64,000 nucleotides of DNA from a virus (Duplodnaviria; Heunggongvirae; Uroviricota; Caudoviricetes). Both the position numbers and the translations under genes were made by a program. The notes below the pieces were generated by a model. It was given only the letters and a program-made list of their open reading frames with translations, did no database searches and had not been told where the DNA came from. The stretch spans positions 1-64,000 of the IMG/VR virus record IMGVR_UViG_3300012352_000310; one strand, written 5' to 3'. Shown here one piece after another: positions 15,382 to 25,452 of the stretch (positions are counted from its first letter, which is position 1; every line of letters starts with the position of its first letter).

Positions 15382-16779
15382 TCACTTGTTACTGTTTGCT
15401 CGAACTTCTTCGAAGGTGTATTCGCTGATGATTTGACCATCGCGGTATACAGTTTGCAAGGCATCAACCCAACCACCATATCCCTTATCAGTCCAACCAG
15501 CTGGCGGCTTAATACCAGAAGCAAACTCACCACCAGACTGCCACAGAGTAACACGACCAGCTTTTGATTTCTTGCCGGCGTCAGTGATAGGATCTTTCTG
15601 AACATCAACCCATTCACCGTTGATCTGAGCAGAAGAACACTTCATTGCGAACTTTTGGGTATCGCGGTCAACTTGTTGTAGCAAAGCGCCACCCATACCG
15701 AAAGCAATGTTATCAGCAGACCAGCCGTAAGCAGCAAATCCACCAAGGATACAACGAATGGTGTGTTCATTAACACCATCACCTTGAATCAGACGAACGT
15801 TATTCAGAACTTTGTAGCCCTTAGCATTGGTAGTGTAACCGAACTTTTGACCAAGAATGTCTACAAGTTTACGACATACAACGTCAGGATCCCCAGAGTC
15901 TGGACGGATGACAACAGTAGCGCCACTATCAATAACTTTCTGGCGAAGTTCTTCTCCCCAAAGCTTTGATGCAGCGTTGTAGATATCATAGCTATCGCTA
16001 ACCACTGCAAGAATAGCACCAGGCTTAGCAAATTGAGTAAGCATGTTTTCATATGCTTTTACTTCTCCGTCACGACCCCAGCTAGTAATTGTGCTATGCT
16101 CTGCGGCAGGGATTGAGAAGCCAGATATTCCAGCATTGTAGTATTCCCTAGCATACAAAACACCGGTAATAGTGTCAGTGCCCATGAAGTTAACGAGGTG
16201 AGCGGCACCCCCGATTCCTGCAGACTCCATCGAGCTGACACCACGAGCACCAAAATCGTGCAACTTAAAATCAATGCTAGAGGGGTCACCTGTTTTCTCC
16301 AAATAGTCAAGAATCACTTTCTTGATCGTGTAAGATTGTGTAGCTACGGTGACTGGATACCAAACTGCACGAAGCAGGGCAGTCTCTAGCCAAGTAGTCA
16401 GCCAGAAGCACTCGGGGTCTGTGTTCTCAATAGTTGCCAGAACGTTTTTAACAGGTACCACTGTGCCTTCAGGTACAGCACGAATAACGACAGGTAGCTT
16501 ACCTGAGTGTACGCGTAGAATGTACTCCCATCCGCTGCGGTTGAAAGGTTCCCCGTGAGCAGTGAGAATTGCATCCGCAATATCAATGTCGGCTTGTGTG
16601 ATTGGTTCAAGGAGATATTCCTTAATGAATGCCTGCAGTCCGAAGAAGACGGTGCGATCGTAGCGACCACCGCGAGACTCAATGTATGAGTACACACCAG
16701 TCGTACCGGCAGGATATTGTTTGAACATCGAGACTTTGTAGCTGTCAGTGTTCAGGATGAGGTTTTTAGCGAGTTTCAT
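15382..16779 (-). CDS. nadV: nicotinamide phosphoribosyltransferase (NAMPT)
   Basis: 465 aa; N-terminal TDSYKVSMFKQYP..VYSY motif characteristic of NAMPT/NadV. Confidence 0.9.
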   Translation of the reverse strand: MKLAKNLILNTDSYKVSMFKQYPAGTTGVYSYIESRGGRYDRTVFFGLQAFIKEYLLEPITQADIDIADAILTAHGEPFNRSGWEYILRVHSGKLPVVIRAVPEGTVVPVKNVLATIENTDPECFWLTTWLETALLRAVWYPVTVATQSYTIKKVILDYLEKTGDPSSIDFKLHDFGARGVSSMESAGIGGAAHLVNFMGTDTITGVLYAREYYNAGISGFSIPAAEHSTITSWGRDGEVKAYENMLTQFAKPGAILAVVSDSYDIYNAASKLWGEELRQKVIDSGATVVIRPDSGDPDVVCRKLVDILGQKFGYTTNAKGYKVLNNVRLIQGDGVNEHTIRCILGGFAAYGWSADNIAFGMGGALLQQVDRDTQKFAMKCSSAQINGEWVDVQKDPITDAGKKSKAGRVTLWQSGGEFASGIKPPAGWTDKGYGGWVDALQTVYRDGQIISEYTFEEVRANSNK

Positions 16780-16807
16780 AGTAAGCTCCTTACTGTTGTT
16801 GATGGTT

Positions 16808-16839
16808 AATTATACACAATGTACGATTATTAGTACACT
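16808..16839 (-). promoter_or_regulatory. early promoter module (nadV)
   Basis: AATTATACACAATGTACGATTATTAGTACA. Confidence 0.55.
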
Positions 16840-17814
16840 TTACACTTTTACAAATGCTGGCATCGGCATGACACCAGTTACTTTTGAAATGATAGCTCCA
16901 TGATCGTCATAAAGTTCATAACGATTGAGAGCATCAGTCAATGGCACCCACTTACATTCAGCAGCATCGTCTGCGCCATTTGCTCGTGGAAGACTTCCGT
17001 CTGGATTAGGGTTGATTCGCATGTAGACTGCGAGAGTGTTTCGTGGAATTCCAAATGAGCGCTTTGGAGAGTCGAACAATTCAGTCTTGACGATCGATCC
17101 ACGTAGAACTTTTTCTGGAACTCGAACATTGGTTTCTTCCATGAGTTCGCGAACTGCGCAGTCAAGGAATGTCTCATCACGATTCTTGAATCCACCAGGA
17201 AGTGCCCAAGCTCCAGCGCCAGGAGCACGAAGACGACGAATCAGAAGAACGTGACCTTGGCATTCTAGAACTGCGTCGCCACAGTTGAAGTTCAGAGTCT
17301 CAGGGAAAGGATAGTTGCTGAAAAGCTTCTTCTCATTCTCATAATAAGCGAAGTCATCACGAACAGTCTTTGGCATTTCTGGACTATCAGTCTCGTACAT
17401 CTGCTGACGAATAGAAGTAGCATTGACGGTGTACTGAGCTTCGATGTCTCGGAACTTCCAGTCAGGAAACCAACGTAGATAGTTGTTGCCTTCCTTCATG
17501 TGACCGAAGAGAATAGGAGACCCCATGTTGTAGTGCTCAGCAGTAGCACGCACATCATTGATCCATTGAGTGTCGTTGTAGGGATGATCGTTAACCGGGA
17601 CAAACTCAATGTTGGTCACGTGATTTGACCAGAGTTTAGAACGTAGTGTGTTTACACGTTCGCTATAAGTCCAAGGGTTTTTGATCGATCGGCAGGCATT
17701 TGCTGAACCGATGAGAATGTAGAGCTTGTCTACTTGTGTGGCGGCGATACTCAGTGCGTGAATATGACCTTGATGCGCTGGCTGGAAACGCCCAATGAAG
17801 ATACCTGTTTTCAT
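16840..17814 (-). CDS. natV: bifunctional NMN adenylyltransferase / Nudix ADP-ribose pyrophosphatase
   Basis: 324 aa; GRFQPAHQGH nucleotidyltransferase motif N-terminal, Nudix box GGFKNRDETFLDCAVRELMEETNV C-terminal. Confidence 0.85.
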   Translation of the reverse strand: MKTGIFIGRFQPAHQGHIHALSIAATQVDKLYILIGSANACRSIKNPWTYSERVNTLRSKLWSNHVTNIEFVPVNDHPYNDTQWINDVRATAEHYNMGSPILFGHMKEGNNYLRWFPDWKFRDIEAQYTVNATSIRQQMYETDSPEMPKTVRDDFAYYENEKKLFSNYPFPETLNFNCGDAVLECQGHVLLIRRLRAPGAGAWALPGGFKNRDETFLDCAVRELMEETNVRVPEKVLRGSIVKTELFDSPKRSFGIPRNTLAVYMRINPNPDGSLPRANGADDAAECKWVPLTDALNRYELYDDHGAIISKVTGVMPMPAFVKV

Positions 17815-17868
17815 TTCTAGCTCCTAGAATGTACAGCAAGACTACCTTGCCGTTGGTTAATTATATAT

Positions 17869-17890
17869 CGAACTCTATTTAATGTACAAC
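17869..17890 (-). promoter_or_regulatory. early promoter module (natV)
   Basis: AATTATATATCGAACTCTATTTAATGTACA. Confidence 0.5.
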
Positions 17891-18044
17891 ACTTTTTAGC
17901 CTTCAAATGAAAATATTTCTTCAAATAAGTCAAGTAGGTCTACATTAGAGAGATTCTGGAGCTCTTCTGGACTGATGTCTAACTCGAGTTGAAGTTGTGG
18001 GTTATCGATCAGCACTTCAGAGATTCGTTCAATTACTAGATTTC

Positions 18045-18073
18045 GCATAAAATAAAGCCGCCTTGCGGCGGCT
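18045..18073 (-). terminator. rho-independent terminator
   Basis: hairpin GCCGCC-TTGC-GGCGGC followed by U-run on minus strand. Confidence 0.7.
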
Positions 18074-18081
18074 CCAATTAG

Positions 18082-19128
18082 TTAAACATTTTCGATGCCG
18101 TTGAGCTTCCAAACACTTTCATGTTTTTCGTAATGCCACACTTGGTTAATGGTTTCTCCACCATCTACAAATGTGTAATGCACACTAAATTCACGAGGAT
18201 TGTTCAGAACAACTTCATGACTCACATTACGAAGAGTTAGTTCAGTGACAACTAGATCGCGAGTAGCTTCATCCACAAGATCAGGACCAAGAACTCCAGT
18301 CAGTGCTGTAAGATCAGCTGCTGCAAATGCCTTTTGAATTTCCCAGAACTTTGCAGTAGGACTGAAAGGTTGAGAAGGACCAACACCACGTTCACGATTT
18401 ACATAGCTGCGAATCATTTTGTAGCCTTTATAGAAGAGCCATGCAATACCAACAAGCAAAGCAACAAGAATTACGAATGAGATTAGATCGCCAATAAAGT
18501 TCCACATAGTATACGATTTAGTTACAGGAGCGACAGGTTGAGTAGAATACACTCCGCCAGAATCAGTGATCGCGGATGCTCCAGATACTCCGCCACCACC
18601 AGAAGAACCACCAGAGGGAGTTCCATTGTTAATTACAGTCGTTCCACCACCATGACTTCCATGACCACCGAACAGCATATTACCGAAAGCACTACCAACG
18701 AATGAGCCGCCTAGTGAACTCATAAACATGCTGCCATTAGTGACTTGTGGTGCAGGTACTGCGGGTGCAGAGTATGAAGGTGTTGTAGTAGTTGGAACAC
18801 TGAAGCTTCCCGCTTTGCCCGGATCTGGATTGACTGCAGAAGGACGAGATTGTTCAACTTTTTTAGCAACAGGTGCAGTCACTTCATTCTTACGAACTCC
18901 CATCGAAGCGCTGTTACCGCCGATACCACCAGGATTAGAAGGTGCAGGTGCTACAGATGGTTTACTCGGAGAAGGAGTAGATGGTCGAGAAAAAGATGAA
19001 GAGGAAGAAGAAGATCGTGACATAGACGATCCGCTAGAAGAACGACCAATGCTGCCCGCTTCAGCAGGAACACTAGCCAGAAAAGCGCTAGCTAACATCA
19101 GCGTAGCAACAAACTTATTGGATTGCAT
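18082..19128 (-). CDS. membrane protein with Ser/Gly-rich exodomain and Tim44/SnoaL-like C-terminal domain
   Basis: 348 aa; signal peptide, low-complexity S/G region, one TM, structured C-terminus. Confidence 0.55.
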   Translation of the reverse strand: MQSNKFVATLMLASAFLASVPAEAGSIGRSSSGSSMSRSSSSSSSFSRPSTPSPSKPSVAPAPSNPGGIGGNSASMGVRKNEVTAPVAKKVEQSRPSAVNPDPGKAGSFSVPTTTTPSYSAPAVPAPQVTNGSMFMSSLGGSFVGSAFGNMLFGGHGSHGGGTTVINNGTPSGGSSGGGGVSGASAITDSGGVYSTQPVAPVTKSYTMWNFIGDLISFVILVALLVGIAWLFYKGYKMIRSYVNRERGVGPSQPFSPTAKFWEIQKAFAAADLTALTGVLGPDLVDEATRDLVVTELTLRNVSHEVVLNNPREFSVHYTFVDGGETINQVWHYEKHESVWKLNGIENV

Positions 19129-19156
19129 TACAAAACTCCTTTTGATTTAGTGAAGC

Positions 19157-19188
19157 AATTATACACAAATCAAGATTTATTGTACATA
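19157..19188 (-). promoter_or_regulatory. early promoter module
   Basis: AATTATACACAAATCAAGATTTATTGTACA. Confidence 0.6.
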
Positions 19189-19190
19189 AC

Positions 19191-19604
19191 TCAGTACAAA
19201 TTTTCTGAGAACAATTTGTGGTCGTCTCCACCACATCTACGCACGATCTGATTCTTACGAGTAGCGATAACATGAGCTTCTTGTCGAGTCATGAATACTC
19301 CATATTGATCGATGAATCCTTGAGTCTCGTCATCGATTGTGGGAGTATCTTTCAGTCTATCTACAATACTATGAGCTGTTTTGTCCCAATGCCTTGGGCT
19401 AGCGACAATCAAAGAAGTATTGTCTGAGAATATGAGTTGTGTAGCAGCACAGACAACTACACGAGATTCTTCATGACAAACTTTACAGACCCTGCGATAC
19501 TTATTACCAATGAAGTGAGTTGTGCATGTAACGCATGTGTTCTGATACATGCCATTGTCATGCGGCCAATCTTCAATCCAATCGTTTGGGCAAGGTTTTT
19601 GCAT
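19191..19604 (-). CDS. hypothetical Cys-rich protein
   Basis: 137-aa minus ORF with several CxxC pairs. Confidence 0.5.
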   Translation of the reverse strand: MQKPCPNDWIEDWPHDNGMYQNTCVTCTTHFIGNKYRRVCKVCHEESRVVVCAATQLIFSDNTSLIVASPRHWDKTAHSIVDRLKDTPTIDDETQGFIDQYGVFMTRQEAHVIATRKNQIVRRCGGDDHKLFSENLY

Positions 19605-19807
19605 TATCGTCCAAGCGTCTTTACACGAACCAACATTGCTTGTTCAGCAGCAACTACTCGACTAAGCTCGTCAATAGCTTTTGAGTAGTGACCATTCATA
19701 TGTTTATCGTGGCTCAGTTTACGATCAGCGTTTGCAGCCAGTTGAACAAACTCCAAAGCTTCTTTAGCGTTAGTTAGACGTTGTTGTACTTTTTCCAGAT
19801 CAGTCAT
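19604..19807 (-). CDS. hypothetical protein
   Basis: start placed at MTDLEK ATG overlapping upstream stop (ATGA). Confidence 0.35.
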   Translation of the reverse strand: MTDLEKVQQRLTNAKEALEFVQLAANADRKLSHDKHMNGHYSKAIDELSRVVAAEQAMLVRVKTLGR

Positions 19808-20048
19808 TTTGTTCTCCATGTCCAAGTGTTGACGGTGCATGATCCAATTGATGAGCGTCGTCGATTTCATAGTGATAGAAGAAAGCATCTTCATCATCGA
19901 TCGTTACATGCAGATCGCAATGCATTAGATCGTAATCGATAAAGGTGTCATCTTCTTTGTTGTAAACTCGAAAAGCGTATTTACCACCGTAGATATGAAT
20001 CAGATGACCAGATACGCCGTTCGCAGATTTAGTGTTAACTTTACTCAT
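19800..20048 (-). CDS. hypothetical protein
   Basis: start placed at MSKVNTK ATG overlapping upstream stop. Confidence 0.35.
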   Translation of the reverse strand: MSKVNTKSANGVSGHLIHIYGGKYAFRVYNKEDDTFIDYDLMHCDLHVTIDDEDAFFYHYEIDDAHQLDHAPSTLGHGEQND

Positions 20049-20292
20049 GATAGGTATATTCGCGGGTGTGTGAATCCGAAGTACATTTATCGCCTTGCAT
20101 ATTGCGAATGAATTCATGCTTAACTGAACGCCAAAGAACAGAAGAATCATTCAGTTCTTTACTTTGCTTGGCGATGTACTTAACAGCTTCTTGTTCGGTG
20201 CTAAACCGAAGTGGATTCATAAGAGAACCACCAGACTCAAACCAAGAAATTCCACCAGACCAGCCAGTGTTTTCAACGCTATAGTAGATCAT
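20041..20292 (-). CDS. hypothetical protein
   Basis: 83-aa minus ORF. Confidence 0.45.
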   Translation of the reverse strand: MIYYSVENTGWSGGISWFESGGSLMNPLRFSTEQEAVKYIAKQSKELNDSSVLWRSVKHEFIRNMQGDKCTSDSHTREYTYHE

Positions 20293-20458
20293 GGTGTGCC
20301 CATAATGTTAAAGAGACGAGCAGTTCCACAAGAGTAAGCAACTTTATGTTCTACGCCTTTATGGCCACATTCTTTAAGAGGCACATACGGGCATTCACTC
20401 TTGAATGGACAGACAGTATTAGCTGGAATTTTGCCATTGACAAGTTTATTCGGTTTCA

Positions 20459-20695
20459 TCAGAACAAATCCAAGATGTCATCTACTACAGAACCCACGTC
20501 AGAAACAATTCCAGTGTGTTCATCTAAAACGTCAAGAGCTTTTCCAGCAACATAACCAGCGCCAACACCACCAGCTACTGCTAGTACACTCGACATAATT
20601 CCGTCACCGTAGCGTTCACGAATCGCATCAGCACTAATTCCACCTGCAGCAAACTCAGCTGCCAACTTAACAATATCTTTACCTTGCATAATCAT
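20459..20695 (-). CDS. hypothetical small membrane/glycine-zipper protein
   Basis: 78 aa; GxxxG-rich hydrophobic stretch. Confidence 0.45.
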   Translation of the reverse strand: MIMQGKDIVKLAAEFAAGGISADAIRERYGDGIMSSVLAVAGGVGAGYVAGKALDVLDEHTGIVSDVGSVVDDILDLF

Positions 20696-20711
20696 CTTTC
20701 ATGAGTTTAGT

Positions 20712-20744
20712 GTATTGTACATCAATCTAGATTATTTGTACACT
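20712..20744 (-). promoter_or_regulatory. early promoter module
   Basis: GTATTGTACATCAATCTAGATTATTTGTACA. Confidence 0.5.
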
Positions 20745-20961
20745 TTTCAGTTTCTATCTGTTGTAGGATCTTGATCAGTTGAGGAATCGCTCTACGATCC
20801 ATATAGAAAGCAGTGTTATGTGGCATGCCAAGCACAGACATCTTCAGCATTACATCCGACGCCCACACTTCAGCGTACCAAGAAGGCTCAAACTTTCCTT
20901 GACCGGTGGTGTCATACTGATAAATCGTATGCTTCATTCTTTGACCTTTAAGTCTTTCCAA
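20722..20961 (-). CDS. hypothetical protein
   Basis: 79-aa minus ORF. Confidence 0.45.
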   Translation of the reverse strand: MERLKGQRMKHTIYQYDTTGQGKFEPSWYAEVWASDVMLKMSVLGMPHNTAFYMDRRAIPQLIKILQQIETEKCTNNLD

Positions 20962-21212
20962 GCGTATGTATAGCCTTTACCAAAAGAGACTCCAAGAATC
21001 GTGATGGTATTAGCTTTGTGTCCGTCATAGTAGAATTCATCTCTATGAAACCAATATGGATTGAGTTGAATGACAATAAAGTCGTTACCTTCGTACTCAT
21101 TCACAGAGTCAGTATGCTTGTTATAGTAACGATCATACTGAATGTTGTAGTTGAAGAATATACCTTTTCTGTAATACTGAAGAATTGGAGTTTTCTCAAG
21201 AACTCGAGTCAT
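20934..21212 (-). CDS. hypothetical protein
   Basis: 92-aa minus ORF. Confidence 0.5.
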   Translation of the reverse strand: MTRVLEKTPILQYYRKGIFFNYNIQYDRYYNKHTDSVNEYEGNDFIVIQLNPYWFHRDEFYYDGHKANTITILGVSFGKGYTYAWKDLKVKE

Positions 21213-21718
21213 GACATGTACCTAATCCATTCCAAGAGAATATTCTTAGCTTCAACATAAGAAACGCAGAACTCTCTTTCAATGTATGGAGCAGCACCCC
21301 ACATATTTGTTTCGCCAGAATCTCGCAGAGAAATGAGATAATCGTGATGCTCTTGAGTGAGCACCTTTCCATAGATAGTTTCAGTCATTTTAGACCACAG
21401 TCCTTTTCATTACAAAGAGAATTCACACCACAGTAGATAATCCTGCCACACTTTTCGCACTTTGGCTCTGGCATATCTTCGAAGATTTTGAAGAGCTTGT
21501 CCGTGTATTCTTTTGAAGGTAAAGAAGCTCTAGCTCTTTCAAGTGCTTTTGGATCGATTGTCATTTACTTTCCGTCGTGATACTCAATCAGGTCGTTAAT
21601 GAAAACAACCAACACCCACATGAAAGCGCTCCAAGCAGAAATTTGTGTTCCTGCAATACCCATGACTGCGTACATTAGAGCGCACGATGCGGTAAGAAAT
21701 AAACTAATACGTTTCCAG

Positions 21719-22129
21719 TTAATCATCTTCAAACTCCACGTTAAAACAAATTTTCTGTTTGTACTTCTTGTACACCTGAGAAGAAAAGCTATGATTGCTT
21801 TCTTTCAAAAGAGACGGCGCCATTTTTTCTTTCCAGAAAGAATTAGCCGTGACATATAGTACGAGTGTACTAATAAGCCCTAAGACAACTGCCATAGCAA
21901 CTGCTGGAGAATTCCATTCTGAAATACCAAGCATCGCTATAACAATCGAGTATAGTCCCACAACGATAAATGCAGCCAAGCCAGCAAGAACTGAAAGTAT
22001 AAATCCGGCGATGCCTGCGCCATAAATCACTTTGCGAATATATGCACAAACTGTGACATTAGCTTCGTTGTACAGTTTATGGTCAGAAGCAATGTCAGCT
22101 AACTTATAATGCCAAGAACTAGTTTTCAT
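21719..22129 (-). CDS. hypothetical membrane protein
   Basis: 136 aa, two hydrophobic helices. Confidence 0.5.
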   Translation of the reverse strand: MKTSSWHYKLADIASDHKLYNEANVTVCAYIRKVIYGAGIAGFILSVLAGLAAFIVVGLYSIVIAMLGISEWNSPAVAMAVVLGLISTLVLYVTANSFWKEKMAPSLLKESNHSFSSQVYKKYKQKICFNVEFEDD

Positions 22130-22143
22130 AATATCCTTTGTTG

Positions 22144-22452
22144 TTAAGACCAGAGTCTAAGAGTTTTCATAATTGGTGGCCATTCATCTTTTGGTCTTGG
22201 TGCTAATACAATAGCGACTTCATAGTGATCTAGCCGTGATTCAGTAATTACTTTAGAGTGTTCAACCTTTTTCAGTTCTTCGAATTCTTCTTCAGAAACT
22301 ACACATGTGACTTTCTTAAAAGAATTCTTAAGCCAATCTTTAGTGTAGTCTTGATCTTGAAAAGCTAGCCAACCAATTAGCCCAGCATGAGCAGCGCAAT
22401 TCAAAGCGTGACCTGTCGGCACCCAGTCTTTGATCGCTATGTACATCTTCAT
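22144..22452 (-). CDS. hypothetical protein
   Basis: 102-aa minus ORF. Confidence 0.5.
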   Translation of the reverse strand: MKMYIAIKDWVPTGHALNCAAHAGLIGWLAFQDQDYTKDWLKNSFKKVTCVVSEEEFEELKKVEHSKVITESRLDHYEVAIVLAPRPKDEWPPIMKTLRLWS

Positions 22453-22760
22453 TGTGTTTGATCGGTGATACCAAAGTTACGCATGATAGCGCCAATGGAA
22501 TTCTTTGCACCGCCCCACATACCTTCGTGTAGCATACGACCAGAATCAGTAACGTAAACGCTCTTGGTCATCGCACGAGCATCAGTAGCGACAGTTTCAC
22601 ACTGTGCAATACACTCAGCGATAAGCAAGAGCCCGAACTTTTCGGCTTGAGGCATAACGCCCATTCGTTCAATCGCTTCCGGATCAAACCCGGCTTCAGT
22701 CATAATTTCTTTTAGTCGACCATTCATATACTTTACTCCACAATCAAACAGTACCGGCAT
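22449..22760 (-). CDS. hypothetical protein
   Basis: 103-aa minus ORF, 4-nt overlap with neighbour. Confidence 0.5.
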   Translation of the reverse strand: MPVLFDCGVKYMNGRLKEIMTEAGFDPEAIERMGVMPQAEKFGLLLIAECIAQCETVATDARAMTKSVYVTDSGRMLHEGMWGGAKNSIGAIMRNFGITDQTQ

Positions 22761-23005
22761 TGAAAGCTAAACGAATCTTTTTCGTAAGAGCGATCATTGC
22801 CATGTTCACCATAGATGACGCTAACGTCGCCATCCGCATATTTTTCGAGAGAACGAATCTCAACGACTCGATCAGCACCATCAGCTTGCGCCCAGCGTTG
22901 ACCGACTTTCAGTTCGTTCTTCGGATAAATGTGACCACAAACGATGTTGTGGCCATTCACAGTTTCGATTCTCATTGTCCCATCCTTTCGGGATTCAGAG
23001 CCCAA
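22733..23005 (-). CDS. hypothetical protein
   Basis: 90-aa minus ORF. Confidence 0.45.
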   Translation of the reverse strand: MGSESRKDGTMRIETVNGHNIVCGHIYPKNELKVGQRWAQADGADRVVEIRSLEKYADGDVSVIYGEHGNDRSYEKDSFSFQCRYCLIVE

Positions 23006-23235
23006 CTCATTTCATTGTGCTCGATACAACATTCTTCAACATCGACAAGAATACGCTTGAGTTCGTCGATGTTGATTTCAAGGAACTGAATTGTAGCAAC
23101 ACATGCCATTTCAGCACCTACTGGAGGAGTAGGTCCAAGATACGACAAAGCAAGAGCACTTCGTTGTTGAGCCAGCATCTTTTCCTTGCCGGCGATTGTG
23201 TTCTTCAGATTGTCGCGTACAGCGTAGATACTCAT
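22972..23235 (-). CDS. hypothetical protein
   Basis: 87-aa minus ORF. Confidence 0.45.
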   Translation of the reverse strand: MSIYAVRDNLKNTIAGKEKMLAQQRSALALSYLGPTPPVGAEMACVATIQFLEINIDELKRILVDVEECCIEHNEMSWALNPERMGQ

Positions 23236-23432
23236 ATTCCGAACTCCTTCATGATGTCTTCAGCGATGTCTTCGTAGTCGTCTTCAGGCGCACCATACGC
23301 AGAACCAAAGTACGAATAGCCTTCCATGTCCCTAGTGTACTTAGAGATGATGGCAACGATACGATCTCGCTTAGCTTTTTCTTCTACGCTGATCTGCGTA
23401 AATTCTGGATCTTCACTAAACCAACGTGCCAT
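23232..23432 (-). CDS. hypothetical protein
   Basis: 66-aa ORF with promoter module and leader upstream. Confidence 0.5.
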   Translation of the reverse strand: MARWFSEDPEFTQISVEEKAKRDRIVAIISKYTRDMEGYSYFGSAYGAPEDDYEDIAEDIMKEFGI

Positions 23433-23456
23433 GTTTCACTCCTTCAATCTATGGTA

Positions 23457-23488
23457 GATTATACATCACTTTTGATTTTATGTAAACA
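23457..23488 (-). promoter_or_regulatory. early promoter module (-35 TTTACA variant)
   Basis: GATTATACATCACTTTTGATTTTATGTAAA. Confidence 0.5.
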
Positions 23489-23518
23489 GTTCTGGCGAAA
23501 AAAGAGCCTAAAGGCCCT

Positions 23519-23543
23519 TCGTAGAAAACGGGTGGTAGGGGGG
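23519..23543. repeat. G-rich motif TCGTAGAAAACGGGTGGTAGGGGG (copy 1 of 3)
   Basis: 24-nt exact match at 26544-26567 and close variant at 26628-26650; all intergenic. Confidence 0.7.
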
Positions 23544-23557
23544 TATCACTTAAGTAT

Positions 23558-23785
23558 TCAAGAAAACAATCCCTTACGATCAACTCCAGTCTCGTAGTAT
23601 TCACGAGCTGCTCCAGAGTAGTACATCACTTTTCCGCATTGAGTGCATTTATATCGATGAAGGTCAATGTCTACAGTAGTAAAAACTTCTTCAGTCTCCC
23701 ATCGACCAGTTACGATGCCAGTGTACCAGCACTCATCTTCGAAATATCGCTCTTTCGTCGTAGTATGGCTGCAGTTGCTTAGCAT
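23558..23785 (-). CDS. hypothetical zinc-ribbon protein
   Basis: 75 aa; CTQCGKVMYYSG. Confidence 0.45.
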   Translation of the reverse strand: MLSNCSHTTTKERYFEDECWYTGIVTGRWETEEVFTTVDIDLHRYKCTQCGKVMYYSGAAREYYETGVDRKGLFS

Positions 23786-24015
23786 GCTTTCACCTTATTG
23801 ATAACCTTCAGTGCGTCTTTATACACCGGCATATGATTCATCTCATTCTCAATCACGCTCTCATGAATCACGTCAGCGACTATGTTCAAAGCGTTCATCA
23901 GCAGTTCATCAGCGTATTCTTGGTCGTCGGTACTTGCTTGCTCATACCATTTCATAAGACCTTCTTCAGAAAGAGAAAGCAGAAACATTAGATTGTTTTT
24001 ATCACGATCATTCAT
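23779..24015 (-). CDS. hypothetical protein
   Basis: 78-aa minus ORF. Confidence 0.45.
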   Translation of the reverse strand: MNDRDKNNLMFLLSLSEEGLMKWYEQASTDDQEYADELLMNALNIVADVIHESVIENEMNHMPVYKDALKVINKVKAC

Positions 24016-24308
24016 TAGTGTTCACCAAGTTCTTCATTATACATCATCCAACGGCCAGCTTCAGTATTCCAATGACGATTGTCATAGAAGTTAAAGTGAA
24101 CGTTATATCCAAACATACCAAACTCTAGATCGAGTCCAGCATGACTCTGTCTAATAGTCCAATTGAACATAAAAGATACCAGAGTAAAATCTTTAGTAAG
24201 CTCAAGCTCAATGAACTTATGCTTGAATGGAGTGACATAGAAGCGAGACCACAAGTTCTTAAACTCGTTACTCCAAGGATTGCGCAGATTAAAATTTAAA
24301 GAGATCAC
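24015..24308 (-). CDS. hypothetical protein
   Basis: 97-aa minus ORF (alt start). Confidence 0.4.
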   Translation of the reverse strand: MISLNFNLRNPWSNEFKNLWSRFYVTPFKHKFIELELTKDFTLVSFMFNWTIRQSHAGLDLEFGMFGYNVHFNFYDNRHWNTEAGRWMMYNEELGEH

Positions 24309-24610
24309 ACAACACCTTTTGAACTAAGAGATAGGTAAGCCTCAATCTCATCAGAATAGTAATTCACAGCATCTTCTCTAGAGACTGAATAGAATTGCAT
24401 AACGAATTCTATCGCTCGCTCCATCACTGACTTTGGAAAGTCGATTGGATTATCAGTATTAGTATAATGACTCATCAAATTCCTTTAGTGCATGAGATCT
24501 TATCAGGACTATACATTAGCACAAAGTTGCCGATACCAAATGTTCCAAGTGTCGCAAGCAGAACTACAAAAGCACCGATCAAAGCAAGTATTGTTTTCAT
24601 TCTTAATTCC

Positions 24611-24940
24611 TTAAAATGGAATGTCATCATCCATATCAGCAAAAACTACTGGCTCGCGCTTTGGTGCGACATAAGTTTCGTCATGGAAGTTATTGAACAC
24701 TTCTTGATAACCGCCTGACCAATCACTTGATCGCAGCCTGTCTTGATTGTCACAAAGTATTTCAACCTTATCTAAGCTAGAGTGCGGATTCCAAGGATGA
24801 TGCACAGTGACATATCCATTGTAGAACGTACCATCCCAGCAGCCGTTGACAACCCAGAAGTCAAAGTGTGTAGCACTGTATTCTTGCTTGACATTGACCA
24901 GCAATTCAGGACGTTCTTTAGTACCTAACATCAGTCTCAT
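24611..24940 (-). CDS. hypothetical protein
   Basis: start at MRLMLG ATG; 109 aa. Confidence 0.45.
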   Translation of the reverse strand: MRLMLGTKERPELLVNVKQEYSATHFDFWVVNGCWDGTFYNGYVTVHHPWNPHSSLDKVEILCDNQDRLRSSDWSGGYQEVFNNFHDETYVAPKREPVVFADMDDDIPF

Positions 24941-25097
24941 TCTCAGCTCCAAGCAATTCTAAGTTTCCAGATGATGATTTCATAGATGGTCATCCCTTGG
25001 TAATTTGTAGAGCCAAGTCTAAACAGATGATTAACTTGTTCGTCTTTATGAGACTTGGTATACCACAGTCCATCACTCGACCATTCAAACTTAATCA

Positions 25098-25313
25098 TCA
25101 TTCAACTCCAAAATCTTCTTTCATCTGCTCAACAGCATCAGAACCTAGACCATAACGCTCAGCTTTGTCTATACATTCCAGAACAATCAACTCGGCGAAC
25201 TTTTCATTATATGCGTAAAGCCACATACCGTCTCGGGTATAGGAACCACGAGGTTGGGTTTCATCAGCATACTTACCAGCCTCTAAGGCAAGTTCTCGAA
25301 TTCGTTCGTTCAT
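25098..25313 (-). CDS. small protein, FAELIVxECI paralog family member 1
   Basis: 71 aa MNERIRELALEAG...FAELIVLECIDKAERYG...DFGVE. Confidence 0.5.
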   Translation of the reverse strand: MNERIRELALEAGKYADETQPRGSYTRDGMWLYAYNEKFAELIVLECIDKAERYGLGSDAVEQMKEDFGVE

Positions 25314-25452
25314 TCTTGTTCCATCTTACTAAAGTCAGGATCCTTGCTGTACCCAATATTAAAATTACCAAGTTTCCACCAAATGTAGCGTCCACCATAA
25401 TCACAGGTTTGTACTATAAATCCAAGAAACTTAAAATGTGTAGTCCATTCAA

